Origin: Trichoplax sp. H2
Taxonomy: Eukaryota
Length of the DNA stretch: 64,000 bases
Assembly (NCBI GenBank): GCA_003344405.1
Contig: NOWV01000015.1
Location: 620,001-684,000, forward strand
Direction: 5' to 3'
Of this stretch, positions 24,201 to 37,500 are shown piece after piece. The notes under the pieces are model-generated. The model searched no databases. It saw nothing but the letters and a program-made list of their open reading frames with translations, and was not told the DNA's origin. The position numbers were made by a program, and so were the translations under genes. Position 1 is the stretch's first letter; every line of letters starts with the position of its first letter.

Positions 24201-25821
24201 TTTATTATGTAATATCTGATTGAAATCACAAATTTCCAAATTATGAATATTATAAGATTCAGTCTCTACCATTTTATGAGAGTCTTCAGCAACTCGTGTT
24301 GGTGATTGATTGCTAATTAACACTTGTTGAGTAAATAATTTGATAATAGATGATTTACCAACATTACGAGGACCAACAAACATCCCACGAATCAAACTAT
24401 TGCGGCATTGACCTTGATCTAATGCTTTGATATATGCATTGTAATATTTCTTTTGTTGTAAAGCTATAAAATAACAAAATAAAATACTATATTTAATGAA
24501 GAATTACTTAATAAAGTCATACCAACCATAACAATTCGATTAAAGATTTACCTTTGTCTTGAGCTTGTTGATTACTGTTGTCATGTGGGTTGTTATTGCT
24601 GATGTTATTATTTTCCGGTGGCGTAATCTTTATTATACCATTTCCCCAGAATAGCCTAACAAAGCCATCGAAAGCTCTTTTAGCTATTGATGTTGACGGC
24701 TGTAGGTTGGATTGCTGCCATCGTATAATAGCTATGGTATCTCTCATCTTTTTAACACTGGAATGATTTTCACCTAAGACTGATAGTTTTATGTTTAGTG
24801 ACTTCTCATACATAGAAAGAGCCTCACCATAATTGCGTTGATCAAAATAGACATTCCCCATATTGTTATAACATTCTGCAACATTGAGATGATTGTCACC
24901 AAGGACTGACAATCGAATTTTAAGCGATTTATTATACATTGAAAGGGCCTGTTCAAGCTTACCCTGATTCCTATATACAATGCCCATGTTGTTATAAGAT
25001 TGTGCCACATGGGGATGGTTGTGGTTAAGGGCTGACAATCGAATTTTAAGTGACTTTTCGTACATGGAAAGAGCCTCGTCATGCTTTCCTTGTTTCTCAT
25101 AGACGACTCCCATGTTGTTATATGACTTCGAAATATCAGGATGGTTTTGGCCATGAACTGATATTCGAATTTTAAGGGACTTGCTATACATAGAAAGGGC
25201 TTCATCATATCGGCTTTGCTTCTCAAAGGTAACTCCGATATTGTTATACGATTTGGCAATATGAGGATGATTATGTCCAAGGACTGATAACCGAATTTTT
25301 AGAGACTCGTCATACATATCAAGAGCCTTATCATATTGACCTTTAAAATCATAAATTCGTCCAATTTCATGATAAGAATTGGCAATACGTAAGTCTAGCT
25401 TGCCTAAGTATTTTAATTTCATCTCCAAAGATTTCTTACTATCTTCTAATGCTCCATTTAAATCACGCTGTGATGTCTTCAGCTGACCTTGTCGGTATAA
25501 AAATTCAGCCAGTCTGACTGGATCCTGCAGTTTATTAGCCAGATATTTTCCCTTAGCAATCAGCTCCCTGGCTTTAGTCCACTCGTATTGCAATGTATAA
25601 ATGTGACAAGTATTAAGATAAAGATCGCATAGGAATTGATCTATATCAGCGAAAGTATTGGGTATTGATTCAATTTCATTAATAGCTTGCATGTAATAAC
25701 TTTGTGCTTCTTTCAAATTGTAAGCTGTCAGGCATTTCTGACCTTGTGCACATAGAGATTGTATCTGATGAGGAATAGTACTCGCTCTATGACAAAATTG
25801 ATCGGCGGCCATATATTCCAA
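21203..25821 (-). CDS. Roco-family protein: TPR array - Roc GTPase - COR - CxxC..CxxC - Death domain, ~1250 aa. Exons: 25821-24552, 24463-22283, 21781-21755 (27-nt microexon), 21477-21203
   Basis: 42-aa KLC/NPHP3-type TPRs. Roc: YIKALDQG..IRGMFVGPRNVGKSS (G1), SPT (G2), IWDFGG..YHVTHHPFMS (G3), IILVASHSD (G4). COR: PVPIRW, LMYLHDLGEVIF, VITNVDWL, YFVPYLL, IPDGIYYCLL. Death domain: IASSIGLDWIKLATVL...QAKQLLNLW...LQIALKMINRNDII. All three introns are phase 1 GT-AG and the total is 3753 nt in frame. Confidence 0.9.
24765..25395 (-). repeat. Five tandem 126-bp (42-aa) TPR units within the Roco gene, preceded by more divergent TPRs
   Basis: Units of the form PHIAKSYNNIGVTFEKQSRYDEALSMYSKSLKIRISVHGQNH repeat five times. 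Confidence 0.92.
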
Positions 25822-26419
25822 TTTAGTAATAATTAACTAGCGAAAAAGTTGTAGAGGTTAGAGGCCTTGTAACGTCTGCACACATTGATTCCTAACATCA
25901 ATAGAACATTGAAAGAAATGAAATTATATCTAAACTATATATCTAAATGTTATTGAAATATTTATTTAATTCTAGATCCATCAATCTTTTGCATGCACAA
26001 ATAATCATGCTTCAATAAAATTACAAATACAAATAGTATAATATAAAGGTTGTTAGGTACAGCACGATGGAAAAATTCTTAAATAGAAAGATCCACTTGT
26101 GATTCGTATACACGTACAAATGCAATTTCAGTTACCCTTACAGATTAATGATTCTAGACTATTACCAAAGATAAAATACTGGCTAAGAATTACCTTTACT
26201 AGCAAATTGGAGTTCTTTTCAGTCAGAATAGTTATTTATACGAATCATTACAAACTGCACACTAGCGGTGATGTGAGAGAATAATCAGTACCAAATCAAA
26301 TATTTATTTTAATACTTATACAAATTAATGTAATTAAAGTACTACAACTGATAAAATGGAGGAAAAAAGAAATAGGATATGTAATATACTCAGTATTTAA
26401 TATAAATATTGACATTAGC

Positions 26420-26600
26420 GGTAAAATAAAATATACCAATCGTAATGGTGTAAGACAACTTACGTTAAGAATCGATCCAATGTCTTCACGTTGTATTTAC
26501 TTTCGGATAGGCCTGGTGTTATGACGGATGTTTAAACTTATAACAGCTGCTTATCAGTCAATACTCAATTATCAACCAATTATGATTTAATTTTAGTTCA
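26420..26600 (-). promoter_or_regulatory. Upstream non-coding segment (likely 5'UTR exon/promoter) shared with the pseudogene copy at ~19840-20015
   Basis: tggtgtaagacaacttacgttaagaatcgat...gataggcc..gtgttatgacgga matches tgatgtaagatggcttacattaatatcgat...gataggac...gtgttatgacggt. Both contain a minus-strand GTAAG donor-like site. Confidence 0.5.
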
Positions 26601-28576
26601 TAGACGTATACAAGTCTAACTTGTTCAAATAAACTCTACTTTCGCTTGTTCCAAAATAATGAAGAGAAACGAAAATGAAAAGCCCTGCCACGCGATTAAT
26701 GTCATCAATACTGCGCAATAGCATATTCGTATGCCTTAATTGCTCTATTTAAATTCTTCCCGGAGATTAATGGCATAATGGTTGATCTTTATATTGTTAT
26801 ATAGTGGAAGGCTTAATTAAAAATATTGTCAACTCTCACCAGGCATATATTATAACAGGTAGTTACAATGTAGGCGTATAATACTACTGCATATAGTCCC
26901 ATGTAAGACAAGAGTTGGTAATTTCAATAAAGGTTTTATAAATGGAACTATGGTAATCAAGAAAAGGCTATCCCCTCCATCACAATATCGAGAATGAACT
27001 TTGAGTTAATAATAGAGCAAGGCTGCATAAAATTACAAGGCTGTTTGAGGCTCATTTAATGACCTATGTACAGTATAAAAGCTACGGTATGTCGTTAAAG
27101 TAATATATTCTATCAAATCACTTCTTCCTTGTTTTACCTATATAATAAAGTACTACGAGTAGGTAGCCCTACTCTAATCTAGTCATCTATAAGGTTAGGC
27201 TCTAAGTGTAGCAATTAAAAATAATTTACAACTTAAAACTTATTGTTGAATATTTCAATAGTAAAACTTAGACCACATAAATTATACACAGCTAGCTCTC
27301 AGGTTTTAGATTGAACTATCTCCTACCAAGGCACCCTGCAATCTTACTTAAGGCTACAGCGATCGTCGCTAAATTACCCACCAACAGTGCACGACTATCT
27401 TAATACCTAAATGTAATCTTTGACATCACCAGTTTACTCAGATCTAGCGCTCATCTTATGATTACTGGAATTTCATGATCGAGCGTATTTTGCTACAGCC
27501 TAGTTCTCTAGCTTGTTGAAATCTCTGATGATATCTTGACTTTATGTACATACATTCGCCTGAGTAATACGTATGGATTGATTTCTACCATAGTGCCAAT
27601 AAATCCGATAAATCGTTATTTACTTTATTTACATTATTATACAATCAAAAATTGATTCTTTCCTATAGTTACTATAACATAGTGTACAGGTATAAATGTT
27701 AATACGGTGTCAAATAGGCGTAACTATATCGATAGAGGATATCGAACGAAGAACAATCATTAGGATTTATTCCATTCTCCACCCGTAATATACTGTAGCC
27801 CTGCTTCGATTCATTAAAAAATAAATACATATATGCAGTGTTTACTTCTAAATACAGTATAGTTTATTTTTAGTGAAACGTTTATTTCCACTAGACTGTA
27901 TCATAACTCTTAATATGCTTAACTTATATTTAACGATTTACACTGCGGAAATCTTAGACTCTAGCTAGATTATACCGTAACATTACCGTTGCATAGAAGT
28001 AACATATTATTATGAATCATCCGTGTCTATAAGTAATTTCCTCCTGCAGTGCTCTTAACATTATAAAATCTATCTTCTTTCGCCTATCGCATTAATTAGT
28101 TCTGGTAGTTATATGGTAAGCTTGCACGTAGTTCAATAAATATTACTCTTCCGTTAACTATTCTATTTTACTTTATTGCGACGAATGTCGAACTCTCAAC
28201 CTTCCAAAATATCACAATATATATGACCTAATACATAAAAAAATAATCCTGGTATTAGAATGTACAAATAAGTCTAAAATTGAGTTGTAGATGGGTGATA
28301 GTGATGAGACATTTACATAATCTAAAGACCATCTAACTAAATCACTATTTCCAATTTAGTAGGCTAGCAAGAGTCAATAATAATACATCGATAGAACAGT
28401 TTTGCTGAAAATTAGAGTAATAACTATTCATAGGATATTATTAAAAAATCAGTTTCAGTGGCATTTCCAAGGACGGTCAATGTAATAAATTAAAAAATCT
28501 TGTCTGGGTTGATTCTTTTTCTTTTCATCCAGTATACCATTAACGTCCATGATACTTAGACGTTACTTACAATATA

Positions 28577-31500
28577 TCAAGTGGACAAAGCATTTTTTAC
28601 AGTATGGTACAAAATGTTTTTAATCTGTCGATCAAAGCAAGCCATTAATTAGTTAAGTATTAAGAGAAGAAGGTAATTTCTAGCTTAATGATAATTATCG
28701 ATAGACAAACCTGTAACTTATCTTCATGGTTACTGTGGAAATCAGACAATTTTCGAAATTCTTCAGTTAATTTCAAGCATTGATTAATATGCTAAGAAAT
28801 GAATAATAAAAAGATAAACTTCTATGTTCATTTTAAGCACTGATCAATCAGTCGATATGCCGTGAAATGAATATAAAGTTTTCCTATTCTTTCGTTCATT
28901 TTAAGTAATAATTTATAAGTTATAAAATTAATATTTCTTCCTATTCGATATAGTATAGACCAGTAATTGTATAATAATCTCTACAGCGATATCTCGATGA
29001 AAAATGTACATTTTATGCGATGTACTGTAAAGGCTCTCGTAGTAGCCTATTATTGTTGTGATATTTTATTGCTTAAATCAAGATGTAAAACTTCTCTTTA
29101 TTATACTATCGGGAATGCCACAAGATTTATTATTGTAAGCTAATATTGGTCGACGATTGCACTTACTTCAGGTGAGATAAAGTCTTCCGCTATTTTTATA
29201 CAGTTATTTAAATTTTTAACCTATAGAAACAACAAATAGGCAAGGTCAAACTAAATGATATATATTCGATGATAGTTTCACTATAATGTACCTTGTTCCA
29301 GTATCATAAATGCATATGATTTGCCTACCTGATGGGGAGCACCGGCTGGAATAATGATGGCATCACCTTGACATTGTAAAATAGCCCAGCCTTTTACCTC
29401 ATATCTTTCATGGAGGATTTTTCTTAGACTTGGCGTAATGTAGAAGCTCTATAAGAAATAATATATTTTATAAAGGACACCAGTTATACGTTTTATTGAT
29501 ATATCCAACTCACCTGGTCATGAATGGGATCCGAATGAATAGTCTGTTTTTTATCACAATGCTCTCTTAAAAATAATCGAATTTTATCGACATAATCAGG
29601 ACTATAGATATGCCAAATCGCGCCCTATGCAAATAAAATTGCCATCAGAACTTGATACACGAAAAGTCTCAAGGTTAATAAACAACTATTAAGGAATTTA
29701 TATTCTTGTACTTACGGGCATTTCACCATTTTTCGTAACTCTCTTAATTTGAGATTCGTCGCAATCTTCATAATCTAGATCGTTTAAAGTAACTGCAAGA
29801 TAGTAAAACAAGAATACATTCAATTCAGATACGAGTATCTCTTTCATTGTACATAGAGAATATTAAGTTAAAAAATATCTGATACTGACAACGTTTTCCA
29901 TCTTTACTGTATGCCCAGGATACGTAGACCTAACATCATATTATTATTGAAAGGATGGTTAAAAAGGCGGCTAAAAAGTGTACCCCGTAGAATAAACTAT
30001 GTAAAGAATGATCGTTTTTCTTTTTTAATATTTTATAATATCAAATTATATGCACCATCGTATTAATTGCATCCGATATATCGATGTGAAGATTCGTCGT
30101 ACCAGAATTAGGATATGCAGCACTACCTGTAGAAAACTAGAATGTTAGTGCCTATATTGATCAATTTGGATGCTATAAATAAACAAAATATAACCCAGCC
30201 TGCCCTCACCATATGCATTGTACATTTTCGGACCTAAATCTGGTTTAACACAGTTTGGTGGTAGGCTGTAATGAAAAAATAACTTGGTTAATGAATGAAA
30301 ATACTAGTAAATCACGAGATTAATAAAAATTTTAACTTTTTTCCTAACTGAGCCGCTAAGTTTAAGGAGCCATCACGTGAAGTAAGTTCGGGAAATGGAA
30401 AGGCCGACATGATATCATCATATCTATATGGTTACGAAAACACGTGTATGCATACTTATAAATCATATTAACTTTAATAGGATTAAAAAAGACGGAGATT
30501 ATTACCCATCAGGAAAGACTTCACGAAAATCTGCAGCTGGCGGCCAGTCCTGAAATGTTAATATCAATATGCCGTGAATGGGTCAACTTCCATCAATATA
30601 GTTATTATTTACTTACTTTTAGCTTTAATATTTCTGTACTTTCATTCCTGAATTTTGTCCTTTCTGTTACAGACAAATAAACAATGTTAATAATGACAGA
30701 GACATGCTTGGTAATACGGTTTATCTTGATTGCTAATGCTTAAACTACTATCGTAATCTATAACCTTTATAATTTTCAAATCCTAGCCAAAATTTGTCTT
30801 TAGGAAAGTTTTTCATTACCGCTCCAGTTCTACAATTTATAACTTCACACGTTGATTGAGCTAATATGGATAACAGTAAATAAAGATAAATTTTAAAATA
30901 GTTTGCCAAATCTATATTGAACTACATCGCATTCGCTATATACCAAAATTTTTGATAAAGTACTGAGGATTCCAAAATTTTGAATTCGTTTTATGATGAA
31001 TGCCACATACCACAACAGGCTATGTACAAGTTAACAAATTATTAATTTAGTCCATCAGCTGAAATAGTAGTATGTTTTATAATTATATAAAATGTAGATT
31101 AGTAAAACTAGTTACATACTTCATTTTTTATCCACCTCTTGAGAAAAAAATGTATGTTATTCGAGTGATCAGGTTCATTTAATAGCACTAATTTGTCATC
31201 GCATATATATTTAAAAGGGGGATCTAGATTCAGTCATAACCCAATTATTGTTAGTCGTATACTTGTCGTACTTATTATATAAGAATTGCATGTACGCGTA
31301 CATAATCAGAACTAATATCGTCCACATCGATCATTTTGATCTATTAATTCTGGATGCATTAGTAAATAACAATACCGTAGATCTAAAGCAGCTCAAGGAA
31401 CTGATAGATTTCAATGTAATGATGTCCTGAAGTTTATAATAAAATAGTAAATAGGTACGATCGTATATGCTACTGTATTTGATATTATGAATTTCTATAA

Positions 31501-34500
31501 TTCATTAGTAAGTGATATTTACTTGGATATGTAAAGTAGCCTAAGATAGAATAAATGTACTTATTAGGTACTTTATCGATATAACATTATAATGTAGCAT
31601 TAGCGAACTGTATCTTATTAATATGATGTAATAAATTGTACAATACATCAGCAAGTAGTAACCATGTTTAAATCAGCTCAAGATTAGGGTAACTAGACTA
31701 TAGTACCTTTTAATTCGGGATTAAGTGTCGAAATACTCGTATATTTTATTCGTTTAATTCTTTTGGATAATGTCGATTGCAATTTAGACATAGCTTAAAT
31801 AGATAAAGTTAACGCCATTAATAATGACAAGCATTATCGCAAAATAGCCATACAATCTTAATTACTAACCTTTAAGAGGTATTATTTCCGTTAAAATGAG
31901 TCTTTCCATAGTATGTAATTTACGACTTTTACCGCATTTTAGCCAAGATATACAGCTGGACTTATTTTTATCTGAATATCATAGCATAATGTCAATATTA
32001 TGCCATCTAAAATATCGCATTATCATCCACTTCGACTACTAACCCATACTTGAATTTTGAATAAAATCCTCTTGAACACATTCTTTACAAACAGTAAATC
32101 CACAATATTTACAGGTCCAATGAACATTAAATATAGAAGTTCTACAAACATCGCATAGTTCTCGAAATCCATCAACGGACGGCTTGATATAAATAGAGTC
32201 TAAAGGAATCGCAAGTTCATGTAATATTGTTATGGATGAGATCAAAATGTACATGATCGCCTAGTAAACATCTAATAATTTATTTACTCACTGCTGTATG
32301 CATAATAATCAAGAATTGAACACGCATACTTCTACCTTTATCCCCTTGCTTTATAGCCTGCAGTTCGTCCGCTAATATTGTTAAAAATATTTCACCAGTG
32401 CATTGTAAAATGTATCTGGAGATCAATTTTTCACATTTTTCCCTCTTTCCTGAAGATTGAATTGAAGAAAAACACTGAGATGGAATTTTATTACTTAAAA
32501 CGCGATCTAATTCATCCTGATTCGAAGTAGAGATTGATTACAGGATTACCATTTTTTCCCGGTAGCCATATATTACTAATAGTACTGTTTTTATCTAAGC
32601 AGAATTCACGAGCGTTCCATTTGCCTGCAAAGGATAGCCTAGAATAACAAAACGGATAAATGCAGCCAGAATTTAAAAAACATAGGTTAGGACGTACTGA
32701 GACTTGGTAAGATTTTAAATATTGCATCTCCTTCTTATTAGCTAGCTTAGCAGAAATTACTTACAATCGGAAATTGAGGAAGCGGCAGCAATTATCTTCT
32801 ATATCTGAATTATCGTCTTGGAAAGAACCACAATCTAGGCAGCGTGGCAAGTATTTAACCAATTGATTGCAACTACAGGGCTGCCATAAAATAAACGGTT
32901 ATAATATGGATAATTACGAATGTATATACAATCATTATCAAGCTAACATTAATCCAGAACTTTTTTAGTAATGAGATATACCTGTGGCGTTAACGAACCA
33001 TCTTTTGGTAGAGATTTTGGCATAGCTTTAAATGCAAATTTTTAACATCAACTATTATACTCCGCTTTTAATACGAATATCGATTGTTGAATTAGCGTAT
33101 AATCGATGCCAAGGAGATACTATGATTGTAAAAATGATAGTATAACTTACTTTTCCGTTTCTTTACAGAATCCGTAGATTTAACTCCATTATTAAAGTCT
33201 TGTTTCCCAGAGTGATTTGGAGGTATAGGTGATAATGCGCTCGTAGATACTTCCGCCCAGGATTCTGCTTGGATGGCTTTGGAAACATTTAAGCAAGATT
33301 TAGGTAAGGAATCTGCTTCAGGTTTCGACCAAGAATCCGTAACTGGCAAGGTCGTACGCATAGCGAGAGTTTCAGTAAGGGATTTAGGTGCTGCTTTTGC
33401 CTGATGCTTTGTAACTGGTAGAGCTTGAGGCCCTATCGGAAGCGACGTAAGTTGCTTTGAAGACGATGAGCTCCGAATTGATGTTAAATCTTGATTCCTA
33501 AAATTATCTGATTTTAAATTCATAATTTTTTTCTTCTTTTTTTTTGATTGATATTCAAGACAATTTAGCTCAAATTGAAATTTATCGATTTCTCTCGTTT
33601 CATGTGGCAAGTCTATCGGCGATTCTTGAGCATTATATGCGTAATCAGAAAGCGTAGCCTTAGTGTTCACGTTGATGGCGGATAGATCTTCTGCTTTAGC
33701 TGGATCGTTACCTGATTTTTCAACATCAGGTGGCGGAAAATTTTCATTGATATCTTCTAACGCTGCCGTTTTGCAGTCACCTGAAGAATTTCTTCTCGCT
33801 TCATCTGGTAAATTTTTCTGCGATTCTTGAGAATTATATGTATGAGCATGAAGCGTAGCCTTAGTGTTTACATTGGGGATCGGTAAATCTTCTGCATGAA
33901 CTGGATCATTATCTGATTTTTCAACATTAGCTGGTGAAAGATTGTCATTGGAATCTTTTGACGCCGCCATTTTAGAATCTTCTGAAGAATTCTTATTTTC
34001 CGGCGGTAGACTAGTCATTTGCACTATCTTTTCAGATTGGATTGGGTTTATATCCACGGCATCCGTATTTTTAGATGATTTTGTTTCACAATCAAACTTC
34101 CTTCTACGTTTTCTTCTTGGTTGTAATAATCTAAGAGCATCATTCCAATTACTGGGGGTAATAGGATCCAATTGATTCTTCTTGGTTAGCAAGAATGAGT
34201 GATCTTGATCATTGCATGAAACGCTATTGAGTAAATTATTCGTAGGTGATGATGATAATGTGGTAGTTGGCGTAGCCATAACTTTAGAAGTAGGGATCTC
34301 GAGCTCTAAGTGATTATTATTTGAATGCATGTCGTCATAATTACTGTTAGGGAAAATACCATTTTGTCGACTTTCAGATTGAGTAACTAAACACAATTTA
34401 ATCCAATATAGATTAATGTTGCATTAGTAAATTGATTCGTTCACTGATTTGAATCAACTCAAAATGTGGAGACAATACCAATTTAAAGATTTACGACGTG

Positions 34501-37500
34501 TTTATTAATCTAAGCTTACCCATGGTTGGATTAAAATTGGAACCATTGATACATTGATACAACTACAAATGTACAAAGTTTATAAGGAACAGTTAAAAAT
34601 AGGATATTTAATTTAAACAAATTATTATTGCTGAAAACGCTATGTAACATCCTAGGAAATCGTCCTTGTCAAATTGCTATCCTACCGGTATTGATTGAGT
34701 AGAAATCTTAAAATTAGAGGGTTTTTATGAATCTTTTTTCGGTATCAAAACTTAAATAGCACTAATAGTAATGGATGGCTAAAGGCATTTATTAATGAAC
34801 GCCTAATTCTTGATAAAGTATAGTACAGAGTTCTTCTATTCGTATCGTAATAAGCTAACTTGCTTCCTATAACATGCAATACAACCACGAAATATCTTCG
34901 TATTGTAGAGATCTTATAATACAGTCATCTTAAATTGCGATGATTAGGTATTGTATTCTGTGAAAGGATCTTCGCGACTGCGAAAGGTTAGTTTTAATAT
35001 TGTAAAATTTCGTAGTGTGGAAATGTGCTTGCAAATCTTATTAATATGAAAAGACATGGAAGAAAAGCAATCGATGATTTCCTTTCTATATAAGAATAAT
35101 ATTCTAGCATCGTGCTTTTTCAAATATCTTTGCTGTCGCTAAAATGACTATTTTACTTAGAATCTTAATTACAGGGATATATATCTATTTGGCTAGCTAT
35201 CCCTTTTGAAATTTTAATGCTAGCATCAAGTTCTTCATGAATGTAGTAATTATTTTAAGAATTTTTCACGAATATTAATCATACGGCATCTGAATCCATA
35301 AACTAACCTTGATATTACTGAGTGAGAACAATCTATTAAGCCGCCCATGACGAAAGCATGTACTTTCGTCGGATAATTCAGCCAAAATTTCATCTGTATT
35401 TAATTCAATTAAAGAGAATCGTCAATTTATTATAGTTGCTCGTATTCTTCGCGATTAATGATTTAGTCTTATGCTCGCCTATGACAAACTGATGCATAAT
35501 AAAACATGCTAGCAATATTTCCAGGTAAGGAATAGAGCTCTACTCATTCAAACTAATTTGTACCTGAGATCATTGGTCGAATATCAGTTATTTTTGGATC
35601 AAGCAACTTTGATTGCAAAGTCATTCGATCAAATATGGAGCAATGATTGCCACTAAAATCTTGAATTACGCCTTCACGCCACTGCCTGATCTCGCTTAGA
35701 TAGAATAATACTTTGCAGCCCAATAATGCACGGTCTCCTAAGATAATTTAAACGAAGACATTGCAATTATAAAAATCCTACCCATTATCAACTATGTTAA
35801 TAATAGCATGAAACTGATTCTGATATATTTAATCTCTTAAATTATCAAGCATGTCCATTGCAGCAATAAAATAGATTCTAATCGAGTTAATCTCGTAGAT
35901 CAATGATAAGAATTAGATTAGTAAAAATTGATTCCGAACATAATATTTTGACTGCAACTATGAAGCTAATTACAGTTATGCTAATCTCACAGGTTATCGA
36001 TGATATTAATTAACTACGGTATAGAATAAAAACAATTCCTATCACGTTAATGATCTGATAGATCATTAACATTGTTATTTGCAGTAATAGAATTAACGTC
36101 GACTATGCAAGATCCATAGATCTTCATGATATTAATCATGGCGGTAAAACTAATACTGATCATATTAATCCCTTAGATTCTAGCTATTAACGATATCGAT
36201 TACGAGGATAAATCTGATTTCGATCACACCAAACTCAGATTAATTATCAATGGTACGAATTAAAATAAGAAAAACTGATTCGAGTTATCTCTTCAGTCAC
36301 TCTAATAACATTAATTACAGCAGTAAAACTGTCTCCCATCGCGCTAAATGATCGTCAAGGATATTACTGTAGTATCCTTGATTCGGTCATGTTAGTTTCT
36401 TTGATTAACAAAGATACTCTAGAATCTAGACTATCGACGGTAGGAACTAGAACGGTAAAATCGATTCAGTTCAGGCTAATTCCTAATTATCGACGATATT
36501 AATTAACTATAATAATAAAACTAAATCTAAATGCACTAATCTCATATCCGTGCGATGCAATTATAATTATTAATACGAATTACTTCAGTAAAACTGATTT
36601 CCATCATATCGGTCTCATAAATTGTAATTAAGGCAATAAATACTAATTCTGATTCTGATCGTACCAATTTCATAAATTACTAACTAGATAAAAGACAGCC
36701 AAGAAATGACGTAGTTACTGCATGATGGACTACAGCATTTTATGCCACGAGTATCGTGATATAGGGTCGAATATAAGTATATTATGAAAAATATTCTTAC
36801 GTTGTAGTATTAGATATTTGCTTTTCTTCTCAAGGAACCAATGCACAATCGCCCGTTGAATATCTACGAGGCAGTTAAGCTCCCTATTACTACCACAGTA
36901 AGGTCTTGGACAAGGTACCACATGAGCATAAGAATTTGCTAATGGTTGAACAACAACTTGCTTATCATCTTGGTCAAAGTGAAATCGATCGACAAGAGGA
37001 TAGAAAACCTGTTAAAAATGAACTCTGATCAATAATAATAATCAAAAATAATGCAAATAATATAAACCCATAATAAGATCGATCTTGCACAGCTGATCTA
37101 TCTCTGCCTTTTAATTACTCTTGTACTTTATAACTTGAAGTAAAATAATACAGTGATACCAATCATGCCAATTCTCATTGTTAGATTCTTTTAAAGTTCT
37201 AGTATGTCTGCATGTTATGTCTTATACTGCGATCAGTAACTGTTAATCATTACTATAAAAATGCTACTGATCAATAAACACTTTACTACCACTATTCAAT
37301 GTCTGTAATAGCATACTAAAAGATGCAGTATTCAAAGCGCATAGGGTACTAGTATAGTTTTTACTAAAATAAACTGTAGCGGCCAGTAAAAAGATGTTCA
37401 TCACTGTGCAAATTATAGGGCTCTAAAATAATCGTTTATGCATTAGTTATGGTTAATAATTAAATATAAATTGTTGTTATTCTATTTGCTACAGCTTAAT

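Noticed and set aside
24517-24551. TPR ORF ending at its own stop as a stand-alone gene
   Set aside because: A phase-1 donor at 24551 joins in frame to the Roc acceptor at 24464, and the pseudogene keeps the same TPR-intron-Roc order. An intron-retained isoform cannot be excluded.
24795-25280. 161-aa alternative-frame ORF overlapping the TPR exon
   Set aside because: A by-product of the 126-bp periodic repeats; no recognisable domain.
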